Part shown: in pieces, positions 11,394 through 25,200 of the stretch
Numbering within the stretch: position 1 is the stretch's first letter
Layout of the letters: every line of letters starts with the position of its first letter
DNA from: the human T2T-CHM13v2.0 reference genome, Homo sapiens
Assembly (NCBI RefSeq): GCF_009914755.1
Contig: NC_060928.1
Length of the DNA stretch: 64,000 nt
Reading direction: 5' to 3' (one strand)
Program-made: the position numbers and the translations under genes
Notes under the pieces: generated by a model
Seen by the model: the letters and a program-made list of their open reading frames with translations, nothing else
Databases searched by the model: none
Told to the model about the DNA's origin: nothing

Positions 11394-11991
11394 AAGAAGT
11401 GGTTTAGGGAGATTCTCTGAGATCCTAAGGTGCTATTCGAGGGTTCGGATATTGAAGCATGACACTGAGTTGGTGCAAGTTCATTCTTGCCTTGGAGAGT
11501 GGCCACCAACAGAGAAGTGCCATGCAGTGGGAGTAAGTAGGGCACCTAGCCTAGTGCAGTCTCATCAACACACTCACAGCAAAACAGTGGTGTGGTGTGT
11601 CCGTCATCAGACCCCAAAAAACAGCATGGAGACAAGGATCATGAAGGGGTGTGTTTCTGATCACACATTTCATTATCTATTGTGACTGCTGGAAGTAATT
11701 TAGAGGCTCCGTAGTAGGGATCTACGGTTATGAAGGTATGAAGTTGGAACTTTAAGCCAGTGAAATGTGTTTATCAATGTTAATGTGACCTCATTTCTCC
11801 ACATGAGCTGGTAAATCCTAGAGCTATTCAAGGGAGAGAAGCAGGTTGATGTAAAGTTTGGTGGATTAGCAGATACAGGGGCAAGAGATACAAATATTAA
11901 TATAGTCCCCAAGAAAGGAAAGAACATGAAACACCATGCACTAATATGTTATACATCCCACCTTTCTCATTAAATCATTTGATAATACTTT

Positions 11992-12295
<304 letters not shown>

Positions 12296-13069
12296 TAATA
12301 CTTTCACTTGTTCACTCCACATTCACATTTTCAGCGCCTATTATGTTTGTGGCACTAATTATTTGGTTTAGCAGAGAAAGAAATTCTAAAACTGCCTCTA
12401 AAGAGAAATGGGTAACACAAAACATTGCAGCTTGAACAACAAGACAAGACAATGGCCAGACCCTGTAATAAACACTTCATGAGCTTCCAGAAAACAGAGA
12501 TGAAGGAGACCACAGTGGCCTGAAGGATGGGAGAGGATTCCTTGGAGAACCTGAGCTGATGGGACATGAGAATTTAGGTATCATTTGGGTTAATTGAGGA
12601 GAGAACAAAGGGCAGAGAAGAAGAAAAGAAACATGATTATTAACCCTGGGGGTTCTTGAATTCTTCCCAATATGTAGGCAACTTTTGATATGTGTGTAGA
12701 AGAAGGGCCATAGCTACCAACATATTTCCTATGGGTCCAGGACACAAAAAGATTAATGGCAATTATTTCAAGACATAGATGGGCCCAACAAAGGGAAGAG
12801 TACATTTGATAACTCTTAATTGAAGGGTCCCACAAAGGCCTGTTAGGCACTCTGGCTCCTGGAATTTTTTCTGCTCAGATGGCATACAGAAAGAGTAATT
12901 AAAATAATATAATGTGTGTATTTATGGGACTCCAGTACCCACCTTGTAGTTAATGAAGGTAGCACTGATCCCCATGGGAGTGGGCGGAGGATCAATTTAA
13001 TCAGTTTAAATGTTAGCATATCTATCTCATGTGGACTTCGCTCTTACCTCACATGCTTACAACCATTTG

Positions 13070-13460
13070 AGAGATGTATAATGAAGCAACATAAAGCATA
13101 GGCACCAGGGCCAGACAGACCCAAATTCAAATAACCTCTCGAATGTCCTTTGTTATCTGTGGCACTGTGAATAAATTACTCAACCTCTCTGTGGTTTTGG
13201 TTTTGCTTTTTAATCTACAAAAATAATAATATCACACATTTACACTGCTTGTTAAATTCAGTATGACACAGACTATAGTTCTAGATTCCATGTCCTAATT
13301 AATTAATCTCCATGACACCTGTGAGAGAAGCACTTCTATTGTCTCCATTTTGTCCTTTAAGAATCTCAGTCACAGGAAGTTGTGTCATTTGCAATAGTCA
13401 CAAGGCTAGCAAATAAGGAAGTCAGATAACAATCCCAGACAATCTGGATCCAGATGTGTG
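13070..13460. mobile_element. two MIR fragments in opposite orientation
   Basis: ccagacagacccaaattcaaat...ttactcaacctctctgtg (+), then tattgtctccatttt...gtcacaaggctagcaaat (-). Confidence 0.65.
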
Positions 13461-14869
13461 CCCGAGTCGAGGATATGAACAGCACCTTGCACATAGTGGG
13501 TTGTAGTGAGGGCCACATCGGCTCATGTTAGCAACATATGGGACACATGGTGGGTGTTGACTTTGTGATGGGGTAGGGGTAGAATGCTTTGTCCCATTTC
13601 TGATCTTTCCTTCCACTTGAAAGGAGACTTGTCAACAGAATATTCTTGGTCTCACTGTCCCCTTACACACTACCTTAGCAGAAGAGGAAAGATATGTCTA
13701 ATATGTCTAATGTGTCAATTTTACAGAAATAAAGGGAGGCATGCTTATACCGGTTCTTACTTCTCCCTCCTTCTTGGGAGAAAGTTGCCCTTAGGGTATA
13801 CTTGTTTTCCTTGGTCACTCTTCACCCCAAGATTTGAAATCCTATGCATTGTCTATGACTTGGGCAGTCTTTCTGTCTCACTAAGCCATGTCCTCCACTC
13901 TTGTCACTGTCAATCAAAAGGTAGTGTTCTGGCTCTATTTGCTTTACTCTTTTGTCTTATTTCTCAGCCCAGACAAGGAAGCCAGAGCAGAGGAACAAGG
14001 CAGTATTTATGGCTCTTTCCCATCTCTTAAACCCTAACACTCCCCTCCAGATTTTGTTTCTCTATAATAGGCTGCAGGATTTCTTCTGGACTGTAAGCCT
14101 CAGCCTAAGCTACTTTCAAGAACTTGAAAGATGGCTTCCAGATAAATGAAGGTAACCTTAATGGAAGGTAACTTATTTGAAGGCAATGTCTTGTTCTTCT
14201 GAGTCGTTTCTTTCAACTTTGTTATCCAATTAGCTATAACATTCCTCCAGGAATCAGCTAAGCCAGGATTGCCATTGCCTCGCCTGCCCTGGCCAACATA
14301 CACACTTAATTCTAGAGAGAGGAAGCTATCCAAGGCACCATGAGTTTGAAAAATCTGGTACCAAGATGATTCAAGTAGAGAGATATTTTAAACAGACTCA
14401 GCCTCATAGGGCCTTTCCTGAGCTCAGGCCATTCAAACCTGAGCAAGGCGTTTTCTCATGAGCATTGCCAGCTGAGTTTCACAAAAAGTTATTACACTCT
14501 GTTCTTCCCACCATGAGAACATATTCAGTTATTGGATTGGAAATAAAGACTCCAGCTCCCTCAGCTGAGCTGCTGATGTTTGAATGTGTTCTCCAAACTC
14601 ATTCTTCTTGCCCTGCCAAGTTAAATGAAATATTTCCACCACTGTCCCTGAGGGCATTATAGCAAATAAGGTGAGTCAGACTGACATGTATAAATAAATT
14701 GTTTCTCTTTTTTCCCATCATTCCTTCCTCCACATATAACTTTTTTTAATGGAGCTGAATTTGAAAATGAGAAAAGTACCGCAACACAACCAGATGAATT
14801 CTGTTCATAGAAAGATTCCAACTGGGAAAATGAATCTTATCTCTACTCATCATGGTCCCTGGATATAAC

Positions 14870-15310
14870 TTCATTTATTCATGCATTAGTTTATTCATTT
14901 CACAAATATTTACTAGTATCACTGTGTGACAATTAGCATATTTAGTGCCAGGAACACAAAATCTTTTCTCCCAAACAGTGTATTACATAGAGGGGTTAAC
15001 AAGTAAATCAGGGAGCATACAATATGATAAGTTATAATATGTACTACATTGAACTTATAGAAATTATAGATCAGAAGGAACACATTGTGTTTTGGAAATG
15101 CAAAGGTGTTGCCTCAGACTCAAGCTAATAAGGAAATGATTTACAGGTAAAAAGACCTTTGAATTAAACATTAAGAATGTCCCCAAATGCCAGCCAGAGA
15201 AGAAGAAAATGAGGTTTCCATTTGAGAGAAGAAAATGTGCAAAAGCAAAGGCTTTGAATTGCAAGGCATTAAATTACATTTTAGGAACTAAGAAAATTTC
15301 ATGGTGAGAG
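14870..15310 (-). mobile_element. L2 fragment
   Basis: ttcatttattcatgcatt...caaatatttactag...gaccttt gaattaaacattaagaatg. Confidence 0.7.
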
Positions 15311-17289
15311 AGAATTATACACAATAGCTTAGCCTCTGCCAGACAATTGACATTATTTAGTATGCAAAATGCTATACAAAGTAGTTTGGAAAGATACAGA
15401 AGGAGAGATTTAAAGACAGGGAAAGGGTTGTAGGCTGGCAGGAATCAAATAATAAAAAATGAAATAATTGAGATGCCAACAAAAATCTTTTACAAATTCT
15501 CCCTTTGCAAAGGCAATTCCACTTGTACTTTGATCTTTGACCTGGACCCATACAATTAATTCCACATCATATTTCTGCATATTGCTCTCCAAGGAGAATC
15601 AAGTTTACACTTCCCCCCAATCCAAACCATAACAGTACTTAATTAGGTGACAATTTATGTAGTACTTAGCATGAACTTTTGGCACTTGCTGGAGAAGGCT
15701 GTACAAGTGTACACGTGTTATCACCTGACTACATCAAGAAACGGGGCCTGGGCATTGGCGAGGTTTCTTGGGCTTTACAAGGTATCAAATGACTTTTATA
15801 ACCCTGTAGTACCTGGCTTTCTAGTAGGCAGGACTGTCTCTAGTGTGTATTAATATACTAAATATTATGCCCACATGCACTTAAAACACTGATTTTTGAG
15901 CACTCCAAAACAACAAGGAGCCTAGAAAATCAGAGAAACAGATGTTGGATGAATAGTAGGCCTTCTCAGAGTCCATCATTTAACTTAAGGGAAATGGCAC
16001 AACAGCGGAAGGGAATCATTCAAACCCACTCAGTGAAAAATAAACAGAGTGTTCCCCAATGGCAGACATGGTCTGTGGTGATAACGAGGCTCTGGACACC
16101 TGGCTGCGACCCTCAAGCCCCAGCCTCATCAATAACACTGACCCAGAAATGGTTCTTTTCCAGGTACCCCATGGGGGCTGAGAAGACATGGCCTCAAAAC
16201 TTTGGAGCTGCTCATTTAAATAATTATAATGAACAGCAGATGCCTGGACTGTGGTGAGTGTGGTGAGTGTACAAGCTTGGATATAAGCCCTGGCAAGATA
16301 GAACCAAGAAGACTGTCTACCCATTTTCCCTGATTCTCATCATGCTCGTAAACAAAAGAAGAAGGAAACACAAAAGGACATTATTTTGGATCTTGGATAT
16401 GGCATCGCATCTGTCCTCTAAGGACAATTGCAGAATTGGTCCTCTTTTGTTGCTTCCTGGAAGACACAGCAAGATGGAGAGAAAACAGAACAAGGCTTGT
16501 GTCCCATTCTGAGCACCACAAGTTCACTCCAGGTCCATGGTCATAGGCTGACTAGGCAAAGTAGCTCCTATCAAGGATGTCTCATGCCATAAGTTAATCT
16601 GATCCCCCATACACCACTGACAGCTGTTTGCAGCAATTGCAGATCCCTTACTTTAGCTTGGTCTTTTTCTGAGCAAGGTCCACCTGGCATGTCACACTCA
16701 GACCTATCTTCTAGCCAGGGCCCTACTCTAGCTTCATAAATTGGGCCCTTGACTTGATAACACACAGTTTTGACCGTTCGCAGGCCCTGAGAACTGTAGC
16801 TTAAGCACTGTTCCTGGCTACTCCCAGCCCCTGGCTGCCTTGGTGAGACCATCACACCCTCCCACTGGCTCCTCGGCTATCTGGCTCCCGGCTTGGGCAG
16901 ATCCTCCCAAAGCAGGGCTGTGGTCAAAAGGAAAGCAAATAGAGGCTTAAAAATTCAGCTATGAGATTAAAATTAAAAATGAACCCTGTTTCCTCTTCCT
17001 GGGATATGTCAGTCAAAAATAGAAGTAGTATATCCCTATAGAACCTCTTGACAAATCCAGTGTGTGTCTAAAACAGTGCTGAAATCAAATCTATAACAGT
17101 TTCACAAACCACGTGCTTGTTCTTTCTCCAAGAATTCTTTTAGCATCAAAAATAAGTAAAACATTGTTCTGGGTGTTGTGGAAAAAAACAAAGATGAATA
17201 ATGTGTTCTGCCTTTATGGAATTTACAATCCAACTCAGGAAATAAGATACAAGTGCTGTAGTTCCAGCAAAGTAGAAGCATAGAAAAAT

Positions 17290-18216
<927 letters not shown>

Positions 18217-18539
18217 AGCATTCACTTCTTGAGAGGAACATCATACCTACTGAGCTTACTGCTAATTTAAATTTGTCAGAGTGCCAATTTGATAACATAA
18301 TCCATCTATCTATATGGTTGGTTTGGGGAAGCCAGGCATTTGCCACAGAATAATCTATCCTGAGTCCACTGCTCCAGCTTGTTTTAAAAATAACGGATCC
18401 CTGTTCTGTCATCCAGCCTTCCAACTTATACTATATCCTCCAGAGGTCTTGTGAACCTGTGTGTTTACAGATTTTCTGCTGCTGAAGTCAGTGTTAGTGA
18501 GGACAAGAAAAAGGACAAAGCTCTAGGGCACACTGCAAG

Positions 18540-19240
18540 AAAATTCCCAGAATCAGCCTCCTGCATCTCCTCCATTCTCATCCAAGCTATCATCATCTGC
18601 AATAGGATTAATGCAAAAGCAAAGCTTAACCTTTCTGCCTTCCTTCACCCTTGCTTCCCTCATAGTCTATGCTCAACCCTGCAGCCAAAGAGATTCTGTT
18701 AAAGCCAAGTCAGATCATCCATGCTTCCTCTAACAACTCTCTCAATGCCTTCTATCACGGTCTTGATAAAAGCCAAAGCTCTTTCAGTGGTTGACAAAGT
18801 GCACCTTTCAACTCTCTCCCTTCTCTCACCTAACCTCTTTCCACCCCCACCATCAAGCCCTCTGTTCAGCCAAACTGGAATCTCTGCTGATCCCCAGACA
18901 CACTAGGCAAGCTCTGGCCTCAGAGCCTTTGCACTTGCACTTACTTATGGCTCTTCCACCAGAAAGACCATGGCTCACTCCCTCACCACTTCAAGTCATT
19001 TCAATATTACCGGCTCATTGTGGGCTCTCCTGACTAACACATGTAAAGCCACGCCCTCCTGACTCTCCTGTCACTGTGCCTTGCTTTCTTTCTCTCTCTC
19101 CTGCTGACAAACGATCAGATGTATATCTTTCACGGTTATTGACTGGCTGGGCTAGAATGTGGAATGTTGAACTGTAGTGTTCACTGGTGCATCTCTAGAG
19201 CCCTGTAGCATCTGACATAATGCAGCCATTCAATAAGTGT
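18540..19240 (+). mobile_element. L2a 3' portion
   Basis: ccaagctatcatcatct...aagtcagatcat...gcctttgcacttgc...ttcaataagtgttt. Confidence 0.85.
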
Positions 19241-22200
19241 TTCTTTTTCTGTGCCTGGCTCATTTCACTTAGTATAATGTCCTCCAGATTCAACCATGTT
19301 GTCACAAATTAAAGGATTTTCCACTTTTTTAAGGCTTCCATTGTGTAAGTAATAATACTCTATTGTGTATATATGCATTTTCTTTATCCCATTATTGGTT
19401 GATGGACATTTAGGTTGCTTCCATATCGTAGCTATTGTGAATAATGCTACAATGAATACAGAAGTGCAGGTTTATCTTTGCAACACTGATTTTAATTCCT
19501 TTGGACATGTATCCAGTAGTAGGATCACTGGATCATATAATTTTACTTTTAGTTTTCTGAAGAACTTCTCTACTCTTTTCCATACTGGCTACATTAATTT
19601 ACATTCTCACCAATAGTACACAAGTGTTCCCTTTTCTCCATAACCTTGCCACTTGTTATCATTTTTCCTTTTGATAATAGCGTTTCCAGCTGGTGTGAAG
19701 AGATATTTCATAGTAGCTTTAATGTGAATTTCCTTGATGACTAGTAATGATGAGCCCTTTTTAGTGTATCTATCAGCCATTTGTATGTCTTGAGTAGCAT
19801 CTTTCAGGTCTTTTGTCTGCTTTTTAATTGGGTTGTTTTATTGCTATTGAGTTGTTTGAGTTTTTTATGTATTTTGGATATTAGCCCCCTACCAGATGTG
19901 TGGTTTGAAAATATTTTCTCCCAGTCCATGGGCTGTCTCTTCACTCTATTTTTTCCTATGCCTTGCAAAAGCTTTTTACTTTGATGTAATCTTGTTTATT
20001 TTTGCTTTTGTTGCCTGTGATTTTGGGGTCATATCAAAAAGTCTTTGACCAGACCAAGGTTGTGGAACATTTCCTCTAAGTTTTCTTCTTATAGTTTACA
20101 ATTCTGAGTCTTCCATTTAAGTCTTTAATCCATTTTGAGTTGATTCTTGTATGTGGTGTGAAATAAGGGTCCTATTTCATTTTTCTGCAGAACATCCAGT
20201 TTTCCCACCACCCTTTATTGAAGAGACTATCCTTTCTCCATTATATGTTCTTGACACTTTAGTCAAAAATTAATTGACCATAAATGTGTGGGTTTATTTC
20301 TCGGCTCTGTATTCCGTTGCATTGGTCAATGTGTCTGTTTTTATGCCCACACCGTGCTGTTTTGATTACTATGGCTTTTAGTAGGTTTTGAAGTAAGGGA
20401 GTGTGATGCTTCCAGCTTTCTTCTTTCTGCTCAAGGTTCCTTTGGCTATTCGGGGTCTTTTGTGGTAACATATGAATACCAAAGTTTTTTTGTTTGGTTT
20501 GGTTTTTTTGTTTGTTTGTTTAGTTCCATGAAACATGACATTGGCATTCTAACAGGGACTGTAGATCATGTTGGGTAGTATGAACATTTTAACATAATTA
20601 ATTCTTCCAATCTATGATAATGGGATACTTTTCCATTTATTTGTGTCATCTAAAATTTCTTTTATCCATGTTTTACAGTTTTCAGTAAACGGATTTTTCA
20701 TTTCCTTGGTTAAATTTACTCCTAAGAATTTTATTTTAATTTTTGATGCTATTGTGAATGAGGCTTATTTCTTAATTTCTTTTTTCAGAGAGTTAATTAT
20801 TAGTGTAAAGAAATGCTGTTGATTTTTGCATGTTTATTTCGTACCCTACAAATTGAATTTGTATATCACTGACAACAGTTATTGGCTGGAATCTTTAGGG
20901 TTTTCTATGTAGAAGAACACATCATAACAAACAGAAAATTTTACTTTTTCTTATTTTATTTGGATACCTTTACTTTCTTTTTTTATTTAATTGCTGTTTC
21001 TAGAACTGCTACTATGATGTTGAATAGAAGAGGCGAGAGTGAGTGTTCTTATCGGGTGTCTAATCTTAGAGAAAAAGCTTTCAGCATTTCATTGTTGAGT
21101 GTAATGTTAGCAGTGAACTTTTCATAGGTGGCCTTTATTGTATTAAGGTACAGACTTTCTGTGGCTAATTTGTTGGGAGTTTTTATCATGAAAAGATGTT
21201 AAATTTTGTCAAATGTTTCTTCTGCATCTATTGAGATGACCATATGATTTTTGTTCCTTCTGTTAATATGGTATCACATTGCTTTCTGTATGCTGAACCA
21301 TCCTTGCATCACTGGGATATATCTCACATGATCATGGTGTATTATCTTTTTGACGTGCTGTTGGATTACATTTGTTAGTATAGAACTTTTGCATCTACAT
21401 TCTTCAGGGATATTGTTCGGGATAATTTTCTCTTATTCTAGTGTCTGTGGCTGGCTTATCAGGGTAATCAGTTGTCAGGGTAATGCTGCCTTGTAAAATT
21501 AACTTGGAAGTATTTTTTCTTCTTCAATTTTTTGGAAGAGTTCGACAAGAATTTTTTGGAAGAGTTCAACAAGAATAATATATATACTTGTATATACATA
21601 TATACCTGTGTATACATATATACACTTGTATATACATACACACCTGTGTATACATATATACACCTGTATATACATACACACCTGTGTATACATACACACC
21701 TGTGTATACATACATACTTGTGTATACATACACACCTCTGTATACATACATACTTGTGTATACATACACACCTGTGTATACATACATACTTGTGTATACA
21801 TACACACCTGTGTATACATACATACTTGTGTATACATACACACCCGTATGTATACATACATACTTGTGTATATATACACACCCGTATGTATACATACTTG
21901 TATATATACACACCCGTATGTATACATACTTGTATATATACACACCCGTATGTATACATACTTGTATATATACACACCCGTATGTATACATACTTGTATA
22001 TATACACACCCGTATGTATACATACTTGTATATATATACACCCGTATGTATACATACGTGTATATATATACACCCGTATGTATACATACGTGTATATATA
22101 TACACCCGTATGTATACATACTTGTATATATATACACCTGTATGTATACATACTTGTATATATATACATACTTGTATATATATACACACGTATATATATA

Positions 22201-25200
22201 CTTGTAGATATATACACGTATATATATATACGTGTGTATATATATATACTTGTAGATATATATACTTGTAGATATATATATACTTGTGTGTATATATACA
22301 AGTATATCTTGTATATACTTGTATATATGTATATATACACAATTCCACTGTGAAGCCATCTAGTCCTGGGCTTTTCTTTGATAAGATATTTTTTATTACT
22401 GATTCAATCTCCTTACCCATTATTGGTCTGTTCGAAATTTCTATTTTTTCTTGATTCTGTCTTGATTGGTTGTATGTTTCCATAAATTATTTTTGCTATG
22501 TAATCCAATTTTTAGCACATAATTGTTCATATTAGTCTCTCATGATTCTTTGTATTTCTATGGTATCAGTTGCAATCCTCTTTTGTTTTACATTTTATTT
22601 ATTTGAGTCTTCTCTCACTTTCTTCATTAGTCTAGCTAAAATTTCATCAATTTTGTATTAAAAAAAAACTTAGTTTCATTAATCATTTCTATTTTCTTCC
22701 TAGTATCTATTTTATTTATTTCTGCTCTGACCTTTATTATTTCCTTCTTTCTGCTAATTTTGGGTTTAGTTTGTTCTTTTTATAGTTCCTTGAGGTATAA
22801 TAACATTAAGTTGATTATCTGAGATCTCCTTTTTTGATGTAGGTATATGTTGCTATCAACTTTCCTTTTAGAATTGCTTAAAAGGCAATTTTTGAAAACT
22901 GGTTTTGCTTCATCTCAATGTTGTGTTTGCATTTTCATTTTTCTCAAGGTATTATATTTTTAAAATTTCTCTTTTATTATTTGATCCATTGTTCAGAAGC
23001 ATATTATTTAATATCCATATATTTGTGAATTTTCTGAAATTTCTCCTTTTATTAACTTCTAGTTTCATTCCATTTTGATCAGAGAATACACTTAATATGC
23101 TTTCATTCTTCTTAAATGGTTTAAAACTTGTTTTGTGGCCTAACATATTATCTATCCTGAAAAATGTTCCTTGTGTGCTTAAGAAGAATATACATTCTGC
23201 TGCTGTTGGATGGAATGTTCTATATATGTCTATTAGAGTCACATGGCCAAAAATGTTGTTCAAGTCCACTGTCTCTCTACTGATTTTCTGTCTGGATAAT
23301 CTGCCCATTGTTGAATGTATGTGGAATATTAAAGTTCCCCTACTGTTATTGCATTACAGTCTATCTCACCATTTAGAACTATTAATAATTTCTTTATGTA
23401 TTTATATGCTCCAATACTGAGAAGATATATTTAATAATGTGTATCCTTTCAATGAACTGTTTCCTTTATCATAATATAATAATCTTCCTTGTCATTTTTT
23501 ACATTTTGAGCTAAGACTATTTTGTCTGATGGAAGTTTAGCCAGTCCTGCTCTCTTTGGTTACCACTTGCCTGAAATAACTTTTTCCAACAATTTAATCT
23601 CAGTCTGTGTTTCCAAGGCTAAAGTAAGGCTCTGCTAGGGACCGTAGAGTTGGATCTTGTTTTTAACTTTTTTTAAAAAAATTCATCCAGCCACTCTGCT
23701 TCTTTTGATTGGAAAATTAAATCCATTTATACTTAAAGTAATGATTGATACATAAGACATACTGCCAGCATTTTGTTAATTTTTAATGACTGTTTTGTAG
23801 TTATTTTGTTCCTGTCTTCTAATTTTATTGTCTTTCTTTGTGACTTGTTGCATTATTTTGTAGTGGTATGCTTTGATTTCTTCTTTACTTTTTGTGTATC
23901 TACTAAAAGTTTTTTTCTTTGTTGTTACCACGAGGCTATACATAAGCTGATAGTCCCTTAACTTCAGTTGCATATAAAGACTCTAAACTTTTACTTCTCT
24001 CTGCCCCTATATTTTATGTTATTGATAGTATGCTTTACATCTGTTTTTGTTGTATATTCATTAACCAGTTTTTTATAGCTATACTTGTTTTAACATGTTT
24101 GTCTTTTAACTCATCAGCTTGACTTAAGAATGATTTACATACCATCTTTAGATTATTATTCAGAATTTGACTATAGATTTACCTTTAGCAATGAGTTTTA
24201 TAGTTTTATATGTTTTTATACTGTTACTTGTCATCCTTTTGTTTCATCCTTCAGCATTTCTTGTAAGACTGGTACCATGGTAATGAACTCCCTTAGTCTT
24301 GGAATGTCTTTAACTCTTCATTTCTATAGGGCAGCTTTATTGAATAAACAAAATTTAATAAATAAATAAATAATAAAATAAAATTTATTTAGTTAGCAAT
24401 TTTTTTAGCATTCTACATGTGTCATCCCACTCCTTCCTGGCTTGCAAGATTTCTGTTGAGGAGTCCACTGACAGCCCTATAAGAGTTCCTTTATATGTGA
24501 TGAGTTTCTTTCCTTCTGCTTCCTTTGAGATTATCTCTTTGTCTTTGACTTTTGAAAATTTGATTTTAAGGTCTCTCGGAGTATTCTTTTTTGAATTTTG
24601 TTGCTTGGAATCCTGAGTCTGAATTTTCACATCCCTCCCAAGATTCAAGTTTCAGACAATATTTTTTTGAATAAGCTTTCTTCCCCCCTTCTCTTTCAGG
24701 TACTCCTGTAATACAGATATTCATATGTTTTCTGATGTCTCTTATGCTTTTTTTACTCTTTTTCAATCTTGTTTTCTTTTCGTCCCTCTAACTGGGTAAT
24801 CTCAAATAACTTGTCTTCAAGTTCACTAATTATTTCTTCTCCATGATCAAGTCGGCTGTTGAAATTTTTAAATTTTTCAGTTCTGTCATGGTATTCTTCA
24901 GCTCTAAGATTTCTGTTTGGTTTGTTTTTATCGTTCCTATTTCCTTATTAAACTTCTCATTTTGTTAATGCATTGTGTTTCTGAGTTTATTTAGTTCTCT
25001 ACCTGTATTTTCTTGCATCTTACTGAACTTCATTAAGATGATTATTTTGAATTTTTTGTAGGCAATTAGTATCTCTTCATTTCTTCTTTCGAGTTGACAA
25101 CTGGGGCTTTATAAGGTCCATCTGGTGATGTCATGTTTGCTTGATTCTTAGCTATCCACATAGTCCTGCACTGGTGTTCATGAATTTGAAGAAGCAAACC

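Noticed and set aside
21578-22340. CRISPR-like repeat array
   Set aside because: Units are contiguous with no unique spacers, there are no cas genes, and the context is primate DNA
21468-22483. Six overlapping ORFs of 199-305 aa
   Set aside because: Low-complexity Y/I/H/T/V/C translations of the VNTR, which lacks stop codons in every frame
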